The notes under the pieces were generated by a model. That model had not been told where the DNA came from, searched no databases, and saw only the letters and a list, made by a program, of their open reading frames with translations. From an uncultured Eubacteriales bacterium (lineage in GTDB: Bacteria; Bacillota; Clostridia; Christensenellales; CAG-138), in NCBI GenBank assembly GCA_902798825.1, contig CADBYI010000009.1:4721-68720 (forward strand): 64,000 nt of DNA, in the 5' to 3' direction. Within the stretch, counting starts at the first letter, position 1, and each line of letters opens with the position of its first letter. Below are positions 1 to 7,307 of the stretch, piece after piece. The position numbers and the translations under genes are program-made.

Positions 1-396
1 GATCCTGTTCTTCACGTACAGCTGCCGCTTCATGAGGGCGGCCTCGTGGACGCTCATGAGGCCGGCCAGCTTCCGGATCAGCTGCATGGTCTTGCGCTCG
101 GTGATGAACTTGCTGGACTGGACGCTGTCGATGAGGAGCTTGATCTCCGGCAGCTCGAAGTCCCTGAGGCCCACGTAGTATCCGGCGGACCGGCCCCGGG
201 TGCCGTGGACGTCCAGGCCGAAGGCGCGCAGGGTCTCGATGTCGCTGTAGATGCTCTTGCGCTCGGCCTTGATGCCCTGCTCCCCCAGCTTGTCGATGAT
301 CTCCTCCGTGGACAGGGGGTGCTCCTCGTCGGTCTCCTGGAGCAAAATGCGCATGACGTACAGCAGCTTTCCCTTTTGGTTGGTCGTTTTGGGCAT
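1..396 (-). CDS. HTH/WYL-family transcriptional regulator, N-terminal 132 codons (gene continues past the left edge)
   Basis: Own minus-strand translation from ATG 396, with an AAGGAGGAAGG RBS just upstream: MPKTTNQKGKLLYVMRILLQETDEEHPLSTEEIIDKLGEQGIKAERKSIYSDIETLRAFGLDVHG... The winged-helix N-terminus is typical of WYL regulators. It is absent from the ORF track because it is open at the edge. Confidence 0.6.
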   Translation of the reverse strand, partial: MPKTTNQKGKLLYVMRILLQETDEEHPLSTEEIIDKLGEQGIKAERKSIYSDIETLRAFGLDVHGTRGRSAGYYVGLRDFELPEIKLLIDSVQSSKFITERKTMQLIRKLAGLMSVHEAALMKRQLYVKNRI

Positions 397-409
397 GGTT
401 CCTTCCTCC

Positions 410-2542
410 TTATATGAGTCGAATGGGGCCGTGGGCGCGGATGGTCCGCTCTCGGCCGGAGTCGAAGCGGATGGCAAGGCACTGCTGCTCCCGGTCCACC
501 TCCAGCACGGTGCCCTTGCCGAAGAGGGCGTGCTCCACCCGGACCCCGGGCCCCAGGGGGTCCGATGGGGGCGCCATGCGCTTTTGGGTGCCCCGGATGT
601 AGCTTTGGGCCTCCCGGACCCAGGCCGGGTCCAGCTCCACCAGATAGTTCAGATTCTCCTTCCCCATCTCGAACAGGAACCGGGAGGGGTAGCGGGCCGT
701 GCCCTCGTGGGAGACCCCGGCGGCCTCGGTGAGGGTCAGGGTCCTCTCCGCCCGGGTGGCGGCCACGTAGCAGAGGCGGCGCTCCTCCTCCATGCGCTCC
801 CGGGTGTCGGTCTTGCGGCTGGGGAAGACGCCCTCGTTCAGGCTGGCCACGATCACGTGGGGGAACTCCAGCCCCTTGGCGTTGTGAACGGTCATGAGCT
901 TCACGGAGTCCTTCCGATCCTCCCGGTCCCGATCCGTGAACAGGGCCACCTCCGAGAGAAAGTCCTCCAAGGTGGTGTGCTCCCCGGCGCTGCTCTCGTA
1001 CTCCTCCAGGCTTTGCAGCAGCTCGGCGATGTTGTCCAGCCGATCCCCGTCCCCCAGGGTCCTGAGCATCTTCATATATCCGCTCTCGTTCAAGAGGTGG
1101 CTCAGCAGCTCGCTCATCTTCATCTCCCCATAGCCCTCGTAGGCCTTCAGAAGGCTCACGAAGGCGGCGGCGTCCGAGGAGGCGATGAGGGGATGGTCCA
1201 GATTGTCCAGCAGGGCCCCATAGAGGGTGCGGCCCCTGGCCTGGGCATAGGAGCGAAGGAAGGCCATGCGCTTTTTGCCCACGCCCCGCCGAGGCTCGTT
1301 CACCACCCGGGCGAAGGCCAGATCGTCCCCCTGGACCAGCATGCGCAGATAGCAGATGGCGTCCTTGATCTCCTTGCGGCCGTAGAACTCCATGCCCCCG
1401 TAGACGGCGTAGGGTATCTTGGCGTGCAAAAGGGCGTCCTCCAAACTCCGGGACACGTAGTGGGCCCGATAGAGGACGGCCATGTCCCGCCAGTCGTTCC
1501 CCTGTTCCTTCAGCTCCTTCAGCCGGGAGACGATGAACTTGGCCTCCGCCCCCACGTCCTTGGCGTGGTAGTAGGGGGGCACGGGGCCCGCCGGGTTCAC
1601 GGCGTGAAGCTGGCGCTCCACCCGCTGCTGGTTCTTCTCGATGAGGGCGTTGGAAGCGGCCAAAATCTGGGGGGTGCTGCGGTAGTTCTCGGTGAGGACC
1701 ACGGTCTGGGCGTCGGGATACTTGTTGGGGAAGTCCAGGATGAAATGGACGTCCGCCCCCCGCCAGGTGTAGATGGTCTGGTCCGGGTCCCCCACCACGA
1801 AGAGGTTTTTGTGGCAGGAGGAGAGCATGTCGCAGAGCTCGTACTGCTTGCCGTCGATGTCCTGGAACTCGTCCACCATCACGTATTCGAACCGCCGGGC
1901 CCACTTCTCCCGGACCTCCCGATTCCCCCGCAGCAGGGCCACGGCCATGTCCACCAGATCCTCGAAGTCCAGGGCGTAGATCTTCCGCTGCTCATAGAGG
2001 TAGCGGTAGAACATCTGCTTTTTCCGGTTCTGCTCCCGCTGGATCAGGTCCAAAAGGGGCTCGTCCGATTCCCCGGTGAGCAGCGGCACATAGGCCAGAT
2101 CCCACTTCATGTCGTCGGTCAAGTCCGCCGCCTTGTGGAGGCTCATCTCCTTCAGCGTCATGCCCATGTCCTCGAACACGGTGCGCAGCAGGGAATCCTT
2201 GTCCTCCTCGTCCAGGACCAGAAAATTTTGAGGCCAGCCCAGGGTATGCAGATCCTCCTTCAGGATCATGAGCCCCAGGGCGTGGAAGGTGCAGATATAG
2301 CCCGTGTCCCCGTCCCCCACCATGGACCGGACCCGTTGCTTCATCTCGTTGGCCGCCTTGTTGGTGAAGGTCACGGCCAGGATGTGGCCGGGGCTCACGC
2401 CGCCCGCCTCCACCAGATACCCATAGCGCCGGGTCAGGGTCCGGGTCTTGCCCGTGCCGGCCCCGGCCACCACCCGGATATACCCCTCGGTGGCCTGCAC
2501 GGCCTGCAGCTGCTCCCTGTTCAATCCCGCCAAACTGTCCAT
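410..2542 (-). CDS. UvrD/PcrA-type superfamily-1 ATP-dependent DNA helicase
   Basis: 710-aa ORF with Walker A AGAGTGKT and the helicase motifs TFTNKAANEM, DEFQD, VGDPDQTIYTWRGA, ENYRS, TVHNAKGLEF and VAATRA. Its stop lies 14 nt before the WYL-regulator start. Confidence 0.9.
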   Translation of the reverse strand: MDSLAGLNREQLQAVQATEGYIRVVAGAGTGKTRTLTRRYGYLVEAGGVSPGHILAVTFTNKAANEMKQRVRSMVGDGDTGYICTFHALGLMILKEDLHTLGWPQNFLVLDEEDKDSLLRTVFEDMGMTLKEMSLHKAADLTDDMKWDLAYVPLLTGESDEPLLDLIQREQNRKKQMFYRYLYEQRKIYALDFEDLVDMAVALLRGNREVREKWARRFEYVMVDEFQDIDGKQYELCDMLSSCHKNLFVVGDPDQTIYTWRGADVHFILDFPNKYPDAQTVVLTENYRSTPQILAASNALIEKNQQRVERQLHAVNPAGPVPPYYHAKDVGAEAKFIVSRLKELKEQGNDWRDMAVLYRAHYVSRSLEDALLHAKIPYAVYGGMEFYGRKEIKDAICYLRMLVQGDDLAFARVVNEPRRGVGKKRMAFLRSYAQARGRTLYGALLDNLDHPLIASSDAAAFVSLLKAYEGYGEMKMSELLSHLLNESGYMKMLRTLGDGDRLDNIAELLQSLEEYESSAGEHTTLEDFLSEVALFTDRDREDRKDSVKLMTVHNAKGLEFPHVIVASLNEGVFPSRKTDTRERMEEERRLCYVAATRAERTLTLTEAAGVSHEGTARYPSRFLFEMGKENLNYLVELDPAWVREAQSYIRGTQKRMAPPSDPLGPGVRVEHALFGKGTVLEVDREQQCLAIRFDSGRERTIRAHGPIRLI

Positions 2543-2618
2543 ACGCTTCCCCTCGTCCCTCGTTTTTCTATACTATAGCACACTATCTGTCCCATAAACA
2601 GGATTCTTACACTCATTT

Positions 2619-2633
2619 TGCAATTTATTTGCA
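2619..2633. promoter_or_regulatory. Inverted repeat TGCAA-N5-TTGCA, candidate operator
   Basis: tgcaatttatttgca lies in the divergent uvrD/rrf2 intergenic region and has perfect 5-nt arms. Confidence 0.3.
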
Positions 2634-2698
2634 AAAACAGCGGGAGGGGCAAGCCCCTCCCCTACGGGTGCGTTGGAGTCCAAATGGTGTAGCCCCCC

Positions 2699-2727
2699 TT
2701 GCCAACCCATAAACCTTGTGATATAGT
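2699..2727 (+). promoter_or_regulatory. Sigma-A-type promoter of rrf2
   Basis: TTGCCA (2699-2704), 17-nt spacer, TATAGT (2722-2727), 35 nt upstream of the rrf2 ATG. Confidence 0.45.
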
Positions 2728-2762
2728 AGGTTGAAGAAAGCCACAGGAAGGAGGCCACGGCC

Positions 2763-3176
2763 ATGATGATCTCCACACGGGGGCGGTACGCCCTGCGGGT
2801 GATGCTGGACTTAGCCATGAACGAAGGGGGCAGCTACGTGCCCCTGGACGACATCGCCCAAAGGGAGGGCATCTCGGAAAAATATCTGGAGAACATCATC
2901 GTGAGTTTGAGCCGGGCGGGTCTCGTGAAGGCCCTGCGGGGCAAGGGCGGCGGCTATATGCTGTCCCGGCGTCCCGCGGAGTACCCCATCGGCGAGATAC
3001 TGCAGCTGACGGAAAAGACGTTGGCCCCGGTGACCTGCCTCGAATCGGGGGCTGCCTGCCCCCACGCGGCGGACTGCCTGACCCTGCCCTTCTGGCAGGG
3101 GTTGGACCGGGTCATCGACGACTACCTGATGGCCCACACCCTGGCGGACCTGCTGCCGAAGGGCAAGTCAGTCTGA
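2763..3176 (+). CDS. Rrf2-family transcriptional regulator (IscR/CymR-like)
   Basis: MMISTRGRYALRVMLDLA... is an Rrf2 winged-helix N-terminus. The C-terminal Cys residues (CLESGAACPHAADC) are compatible with a cluster-ligating IscR type. Confidence 0.9.
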   Translation: MMISTRGRYALRVMLDLAMNEGGSYVPLDDIAQREGISEKYLENIIVSLSRAGLVKALRGKGGGYMLSRRPAEYPIGEILQLTEKTLAPVTCLESGAACPHAADCLTLPFWQGLDRVIDDYLMAHTLADLLPKGKSV

Positions 3177-3425
3177 TGAAAACTGCGCTTTCATCAGACT
3201 GAGGCTCCGCCTTCGCTTCGCTCGCAGGCCCCGCCTATGACCTTAAAGGCCACCGGGCACGCGATGCGTTAAGCAAACATGCCAGTGGCATGTTTGTAGC
3301 GGAGCGGGGAGCAATCTATGATTGCGACCTGGTCCTGCAGGTGTGTCGATAAGAACGCATTGCGTTCTTATATCCACACGCACATGTCGCTGGATTTGAC
3401 ATATTCGAAGCCGCCTGTTCTTCCT
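3169..3425. repeat. Hairpin-rich non-coding insert between rrf2 and nifS
   Basis: Three perfect stems: cagtctgatgaaa/tttcatcagactg (3169-3201), caaacatgcc/ggcatgtttg (3274-3296) and ataagaacgca/tgcgttcttat (3349-3371). The cores catgtcgctggattt (3383-3397) and gttcttcct (3417-3425) recur with the same spacing at 34750-34791. Confidence 0.6.
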
Positions 3426-3505
3426 CCGCAAGTTGAGTTCGCTCGGCTACACCTCGCTTATGTCGCCCGGTGAGTCGACTTCTTTGCAGAGAAAAAATAA
3501 ACCTA

Positions 3506-3533
3506 TTGACAAGGTAGGTTAATATGGTATACT
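3506..3533 (+). promoter_or_regulatory. Sigma-A-type promoter of nifS-iscU
   Basis: TTGACA (3506-3511), 16-nt spacer ending in TGg, TATACT (3528-3533). Confidence 0.5.
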
Positions 3534-3565
3534 GTAGCTGACCGAAAACAGAAAGGACCCATTGT

Positions 3566-4678
3566 ATGATATACGCAGACAACGCGGCCACCACCAAGCT
3601 GAGCCCCCACGCCCTGGAGGTGATGGTGGAGACCGCCCAGACCGCCTGGGGAAACCCCTCCAGCCTCTACGGGCTGGGGCAAGCCGCCCAGGAGGCCCTG
3701 TCCGACGCCCGGGCGCGCATGGCGAAGATTTTGGGGGCGGAGGCAAAGGAGATCTACTTCACCTCCGGCGGCAGCGAAAGCGACAACCAGGCCATCCGTT
3801 CCTGTGCCCGGCTGGGGGCGGCCAAGGATAAGAAGCACATCGTGTCCACCGCCTTCGAGCACCACGCCGTGCTCCACACCCTCAAGCGCCTGGAAAAGGA
3901 GGGCTATGAGGTCACCTATCTGCCCGTCCACGAGAACGGCATCGTCACCGCAGAGGAGGTAGCGGCGGCCATCCGGCCCGACACCTGCCTGGTCACAATT
4001 ATGTTCGCCAACAACGAGATCGGCACCATCCAGCCCATCCGGGAGATCGGCGCGGTGTGCCGGGCGGCCAAGGTCCCCTTCCACACGGACGCGGTCCAGG
4101 CCGCGGGCCACGTGAAGATCGACGTGAAGGACATGAACATCGACCTTCTCTCCCTCTCCGCCCACAAGTTCCACGGCCCAAGGGGCGTGGGCGCCCTCTA
4201 CTGCAGGACCGGCCTCCCCCTCTACCCCCTCATCGAGGGCGGCGCCCAGGAGCGCAACCGCCGGGCGGGCACGGAGAACCTCATGGGCATCCGGGCCATG
4301 GTCACGGCCCTGGAGGACATGGCAAAGGACATGGACAAAAACGCCGCCTATGTGCAAGGGCTCCGGGATCGGCTGATCGCCGGCCTCTCCGCCATCCCCC
4401 ACAGCGCCCTGAACGGGGATCGGGTGAACCGGCTCCCCGGCAACGTGAACTTCTGCTTCGAGGGCATCGAGGGCTTGGACCCCAGCCACGTGCTCCTGGC
4501 CATCGGCCGGCCCCACGAGGTGGCCCACGGGTCCCTTCGACTGACCCTGTCGGAGGAGAACACCCAGGCGGAGGTGGACGCCATCATAAAGGCGGTGCCC
4601 GAGATCGTGTCGTATCTGCGGGGCTTCTCCCCCATCTGGCAGGACCTTGAGGCCGGACGCCGTCAGCACCTGCTTTGA
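3566..4678 (+). CDS. nifS: NifS/IscS-type (class I) cysteine desulfurase homologue lacking the catalytic-Cys loop
   Basis: MIYADNAATTKL..., FTSGGSESDN and SLSAHKFHGPRGVGAL (PLP-Lys region) are present. The sequence reads EGIEG|LDPSHVLLAIG, so the SSGSAC(T/S)SG segment is missing (see finding). Confidence 0.85.
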   Translation: MIYADNAATTKLSPHALEVMVETAQTAWGNPSSLYGLGQAAQEALSDARARMAKILGAEAKEIYFTSGGSESDNQAIRSCARLGAAKDKKHIVSTAFEHHAVLHTLKRLEKEGYEVTYLPVHENGIVTAEEVAAAIRPDTCLVTIMFANNEIGTIQPIREIGAVCRAAKVPFHTDAVQAAGHVKIDVKDMNIDLLSLSAHKFHGPRGVGALYCRTGLPLYPLIEGGAQERNRRAGTENLMGIRAMVTALEDMAKDMDKNAAYVQGLRDRLIAGLSAIPHSALNGDRVNRLPGNVNFCFEGIEGLDPSHVLLAIGRPHEVAHGSLRLTLSEENTQAEVDAIIKAVPEIVSYLRGFSPIWQDLEAGRRQHLL

Positions 4679-4698
4679 GAGAAGAAAGGAAGGAACCT

Positions 4699-5133
4699 AT
4701 GGCATTATACAGTGAAAAAGTGATGGATCATTTCCTGCACCCCCGGAACGTGGGCGTCATCGAGGACGCGGACGGCGTGGGCGAGGTGGGCAACGCCAAG
4801 TGCGGCGACATCATGAAGATCTTTCTGAAGATCGAGGGCGGCATAGTCACCGACGCCAAGTTCTCCACCTTCGGCTGCGGCAGCGCCATCGCCAGCAGCT
4901 CCATGGCCACGGAGATGATCAAGGGCCAGCCCATCGATAAGGTCATGGAGCTGACCAACAAGGCCGTGGTGGAGGCCCTGGACGGGCTCCCGGCCTATAA
5001 GCTCCACTGCTCGGTCCTGGCCGAGGAGGCGGTGAAGGCGGCCCTGAAGGACTATTTTGACAAGAACAACATCCCCTACGACCCGGCCCAGTTCCCCGAC
5101 GCCCCCTCCTGCGCCTCCTGCGATATGGAATAA
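4699..5133 (+). CDS. iscU: IscU/NifU-type Fe-S cluster scaffold
   Basis: ATG 4699 is preceded by AAGGAAGGA. MALYSEKVMDHFLHPRNVG..GNAKCGD..FGCGSAIASSS..LHCSVLA carries the three conserved scaffold Cys residues. Confidence 0.9.
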   Translation: MALYSEKVMDHFLHPRNVGVIEDADGVGEVGNAKCGDIMKIFLKIEGGIVTDAKFSTFGCGSAIASSSMATEMIKGQPIDKVMELTNKAVVEALDGLPAYKLHCSVLAEEAVKAALKDYFDKNNIPYDPAQFPDAPSCASCDME

Positions 5134-5152
5134 ATGAGCGATCAACGACAGC

Positions 5153-5178
5153 AAAGCACGGCTCCGGCCGTGCTTTTT
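5153..5178 (+). terminator. Rho-independent terminator after iscU
   Basis: Stem agcacggc/gccgtgct, loop tccg, followed by TTTTT. Confidence 0.7.
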
Positions 5179-5212
5179 GTATGTCCGACCCCTATGGTTC
5201 CTAAAAGGAGAA

Positions 5213-5326
5213 AACCAGTGGTTTGCCAAATGAAGAACCAGTGGTTTTGCAAATAAAAAACCTAAAGAAAAGGAAAAGGAAAATGAAAATGAAAATGAAA
5301 AAGAAAAAGAAAAGGAGAAGGAAAAG
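5213..5326. repeat. 23-nt tandem duplication followed by an A/G-rich low-complexity tract
   Basis: aaccagtggtttgccaaat (5213-5231) and aaccagtggttttgcaaat (5236-5254) are followed by aaagaaaaggaaaaggaaaatgaaaatgaaaatgaaaaagaaaaagaaaaggagaaggaaaag (5264-5326), which includes (gaaaat)x3. Confidence 0.8.
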
Positions 5327-5376
5327 TTTTTCTTTTTTCTATGGGAGAAAAGAAAAACCAGGCCCCCTTGGGGGGA

Positions 5377-6960
5377 TCAGAACTGCCCGTAGATGAAGTC
5401 GGAGGCGGTGTAACCGGGTCCGTAGGCCCCCAGCAGAAGGCAGAGAAGCAGCAGCGCCAGGGCGGCCAGCCAGAGCTTCCAGGGGGTGTTGATAAAGCGG
5501 GTGCGGAAGGAGCCCTCCCCCTTCAGCAGGCTGACCAGGAGCATCAGGGCGGCCATGGAGAGGACGATGGCCCAGGCGCCCCCGGAGAGGCCCAGGACGG
5601 AGAGGCCACGGGCCACGGCGCCGTAGTTGAAGGTGGTGAACAGGGACGAGAAGGCCCGCCACACGCCCCGGGGGCCGGCGTAGCAATCCCAGAGGCGGAT
5701 GAGGCACAGGAGCAAAAAGGTGCGAATTGTCTCGAAGGCCCCGTAGCCCCCGGTGGCCTTCAGGCCCGGGAAGCGGCTGTGGAAGCCCTCGTAAAGGGGC
5801 TTCAATGTGAGGGAAAGGAGGATGACCAGGCCGTTGGTCAGTCCCCACAGGGCATAGTTCCAGCCCGCCCCGTGCCAGACGCCGGTGGCCAGCCACACCA
5901 GAAGGGTGGCCCCATACAGGGGCAGGCGGGACAAAAAGCCGTTGCCGAACCGGCCCCGGAGGGCCTTGGTCCAGCGGAGGAAGGGCTTGGACACGTTCAG
6001 GGGATAGAACAGGTAATCCCGAAACCAGCTGCCCATGGTCATGTGCCAGCGGGTCCAGTATTCCTCGATGTTTTTGGACAGATAGGGCCTATCGAAGTTT
6101 TCGGCCAGGGTGACGCCGAAGAGCTCCCCCACCCCCAGGGCCATGTCGATGCCGCCGGTGAAGTCGGCGTAGAGCCTAAGGGCGTAGAGGACCATGCCAA
6201 GCAGCACCCAGCCGCCCCGGAAGCTGTCCGCCTCCGCCCCAAAGAGCAGGGCCAGGCCGGGGGCCAGCCGATCGGCCACCAGCAGCTTCTTGGCCGCGCC
6301 CCACAGGATGCGGACCAGGCCCCGGCCCAGCCGGTCGAAATCGAAGTTTGCCCCCCCATAGAGGGTTTCGGACAGGCTGTCGTAGCGGCTGATGGGGCCC
6401 TGGATCATCTGGGGGAAGAAGGAGGCGAAGAGGGCGTATTTGAGGAAGTTATCCTCCGGCGGGTACTTGCCCCGCTTCACGTCCATCAGATAGCCCAGGG
6501 ATTGGAAGGTATAGAAGGAGATGCCCAGGGGCAGCACCCAGTGGACCTGAAAGGGGGCGCGAAGGGCCGAGAGCAGAAAGGCCGTGTATTTCAACGCCCC
6601 CAGGAGCCCCAGATTGACCAGGAGGCACAGGAGGAACAGGATGTTGCGCTTTCGGCCCTGGGCCTTCTTATAGGCGGTCAGAGCCTCCCGGGACAGGTCC
6701 TTTTTGTGCTCGGCCACATAGGCCTTTTGCCGCTGCAGGCTCCGACCCAGGAGCCGAGCGGTGCCATAGACGGTGACGACGGTGACCAAAAGGAAGGGCA
6801 GATACCCCTTCCCCGCCAGGGCATAGAACGCCAGGCTCCCCGCCAGCAGAACGAGATAGCGGAAGCGCCTGGGAAGGATATAGTAGACTGTCAGCAGCCC
6901 CAGCACCAGCAGGAGGAAGCCGCCGGAGAGAAAGGTCATGTAGGAAAGCACCTCATCCAC
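5377..6960 (-). CDS. MBOAT-family membrane O-acyltransferase (DltB/AlgI-like)
   Basis: 527-aa polytopic ORF. The N-terminus [19 protein letters not shown] and the blocks [21 protein letters not shown]-like ([20 protein letters not shown]) and [12 protein letters not shown] are typical MBOAT His-containing blocks. Confidence 0.85.
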   Translation of the reverse strand: [527 protein letters not shown]

Positions 6961-7068
6961 CGCCTGTGGCGGTCCCCCTTCCCCTCAAGGGGAAGGCTTA
7001 TATATCACCGCCTGTGGCGGTCCCCTCTTCCCTGCAATGCTTCGCAATGCTTAGGGGAAGGCTTATGG
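6957..7068. repeat. Two tandem REP-like units (double stem-loops) inside the dlt-like operon
   Basis: Unit 1 is caccgcctgtggcggtcccccttcccctcaaggggaaggcttata. Unit 2 is the same, but the tcaa loop is replaced by tgcaatgcttcgcaatgcttag, which itself contains a gcaatgctt duplication. Stems are ccgcc/ggcgg and ccttcccc/ggggaagg. Confidence 0.75.
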
Positions 7069-7073
7069 TTCGA

Positions 7074-7307
7074 TCATTCCTCTTCGATGCGCTCGATCAG
7101 GGCGAAGAGGGCCCGGGCGCTGTTGAAGTTCTCGGGCACGATGTCCACCGCCCCCAGCTCCACACCGTAGGTCTCGGAAAGCTCCGCCACGATGGACACC
7201 ACGTCGAAGGAGGTCAGGATATGGCCGTCGATGAGCCCCTCCGCCGTCAAAAAGTCGATGTCGGGATGCATGTCCCGCAGCATGTCCAACAGTTGTTCAA
7301 AGGTCAT
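7074..7307 (-). CDS. D-alanyl-carrier-protein-like acyl carrier protein (DltC-like)
   Basis: 77 aa starting at the internal ATG 7307: MTFEQLLDMLRDMHPDIDFLTAEGLIDGHILTSFDVVSIVAEL... The start overlaps the ligase stop (ATGA). Confidence 0.75.
   Translation of the reverse strand: MTFEQLLDMLRDMHPDIDFLTAEGLIDGHILTSFDVVSIVAELSETYGVELGAVDIVPENFNSARALFALIERIEEE

Noticed and set aside
251-2578. 775-aa ORF on the plus strand, antisense to the helicase gene. Similar very long antisense ORFs occur at 16165-17541, 37217-40162 (981 aa), 43319-45736 and 47728-50238.
   Set aside because: The translations are low-complexity and rich in G, A, P, R, L and V, with no recognisable motifs. Each lies exactly opposite a well-supported gene. 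Such stop-free shadow frames are expected in DNA with high GC3.
2726-2732. A GTAGGTT heptamer is shared by the rrf2 promoter (2726-2732) and the nifS promoter (3514-3520). I considered it a possible Rrf2 operator.
   Set aside because: A single shared 7-mer between two ~60-nt regions is expected fairly often by chance. It has no dyad symmetry and no resemblance to IscR-type sites that I can recall.
5283-5396. ORF encoding MKMKMKKKKKRRRKSFSFFYGRKEKPGPLGGIRTARR inside the purine-rich tract.
   Set aside because: It is a by-product of translating an A/G-rich repeat. It has no RBS and overlaps the 3' end of the convergent MBOAT gene.
6957-7068. Tandem repeat considered as a mini CRISPR array.
   Set aside because: There are only two units with no unique spacer between them. 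The units are internally palindromic (REP-like), and there are no cas genes in the window.
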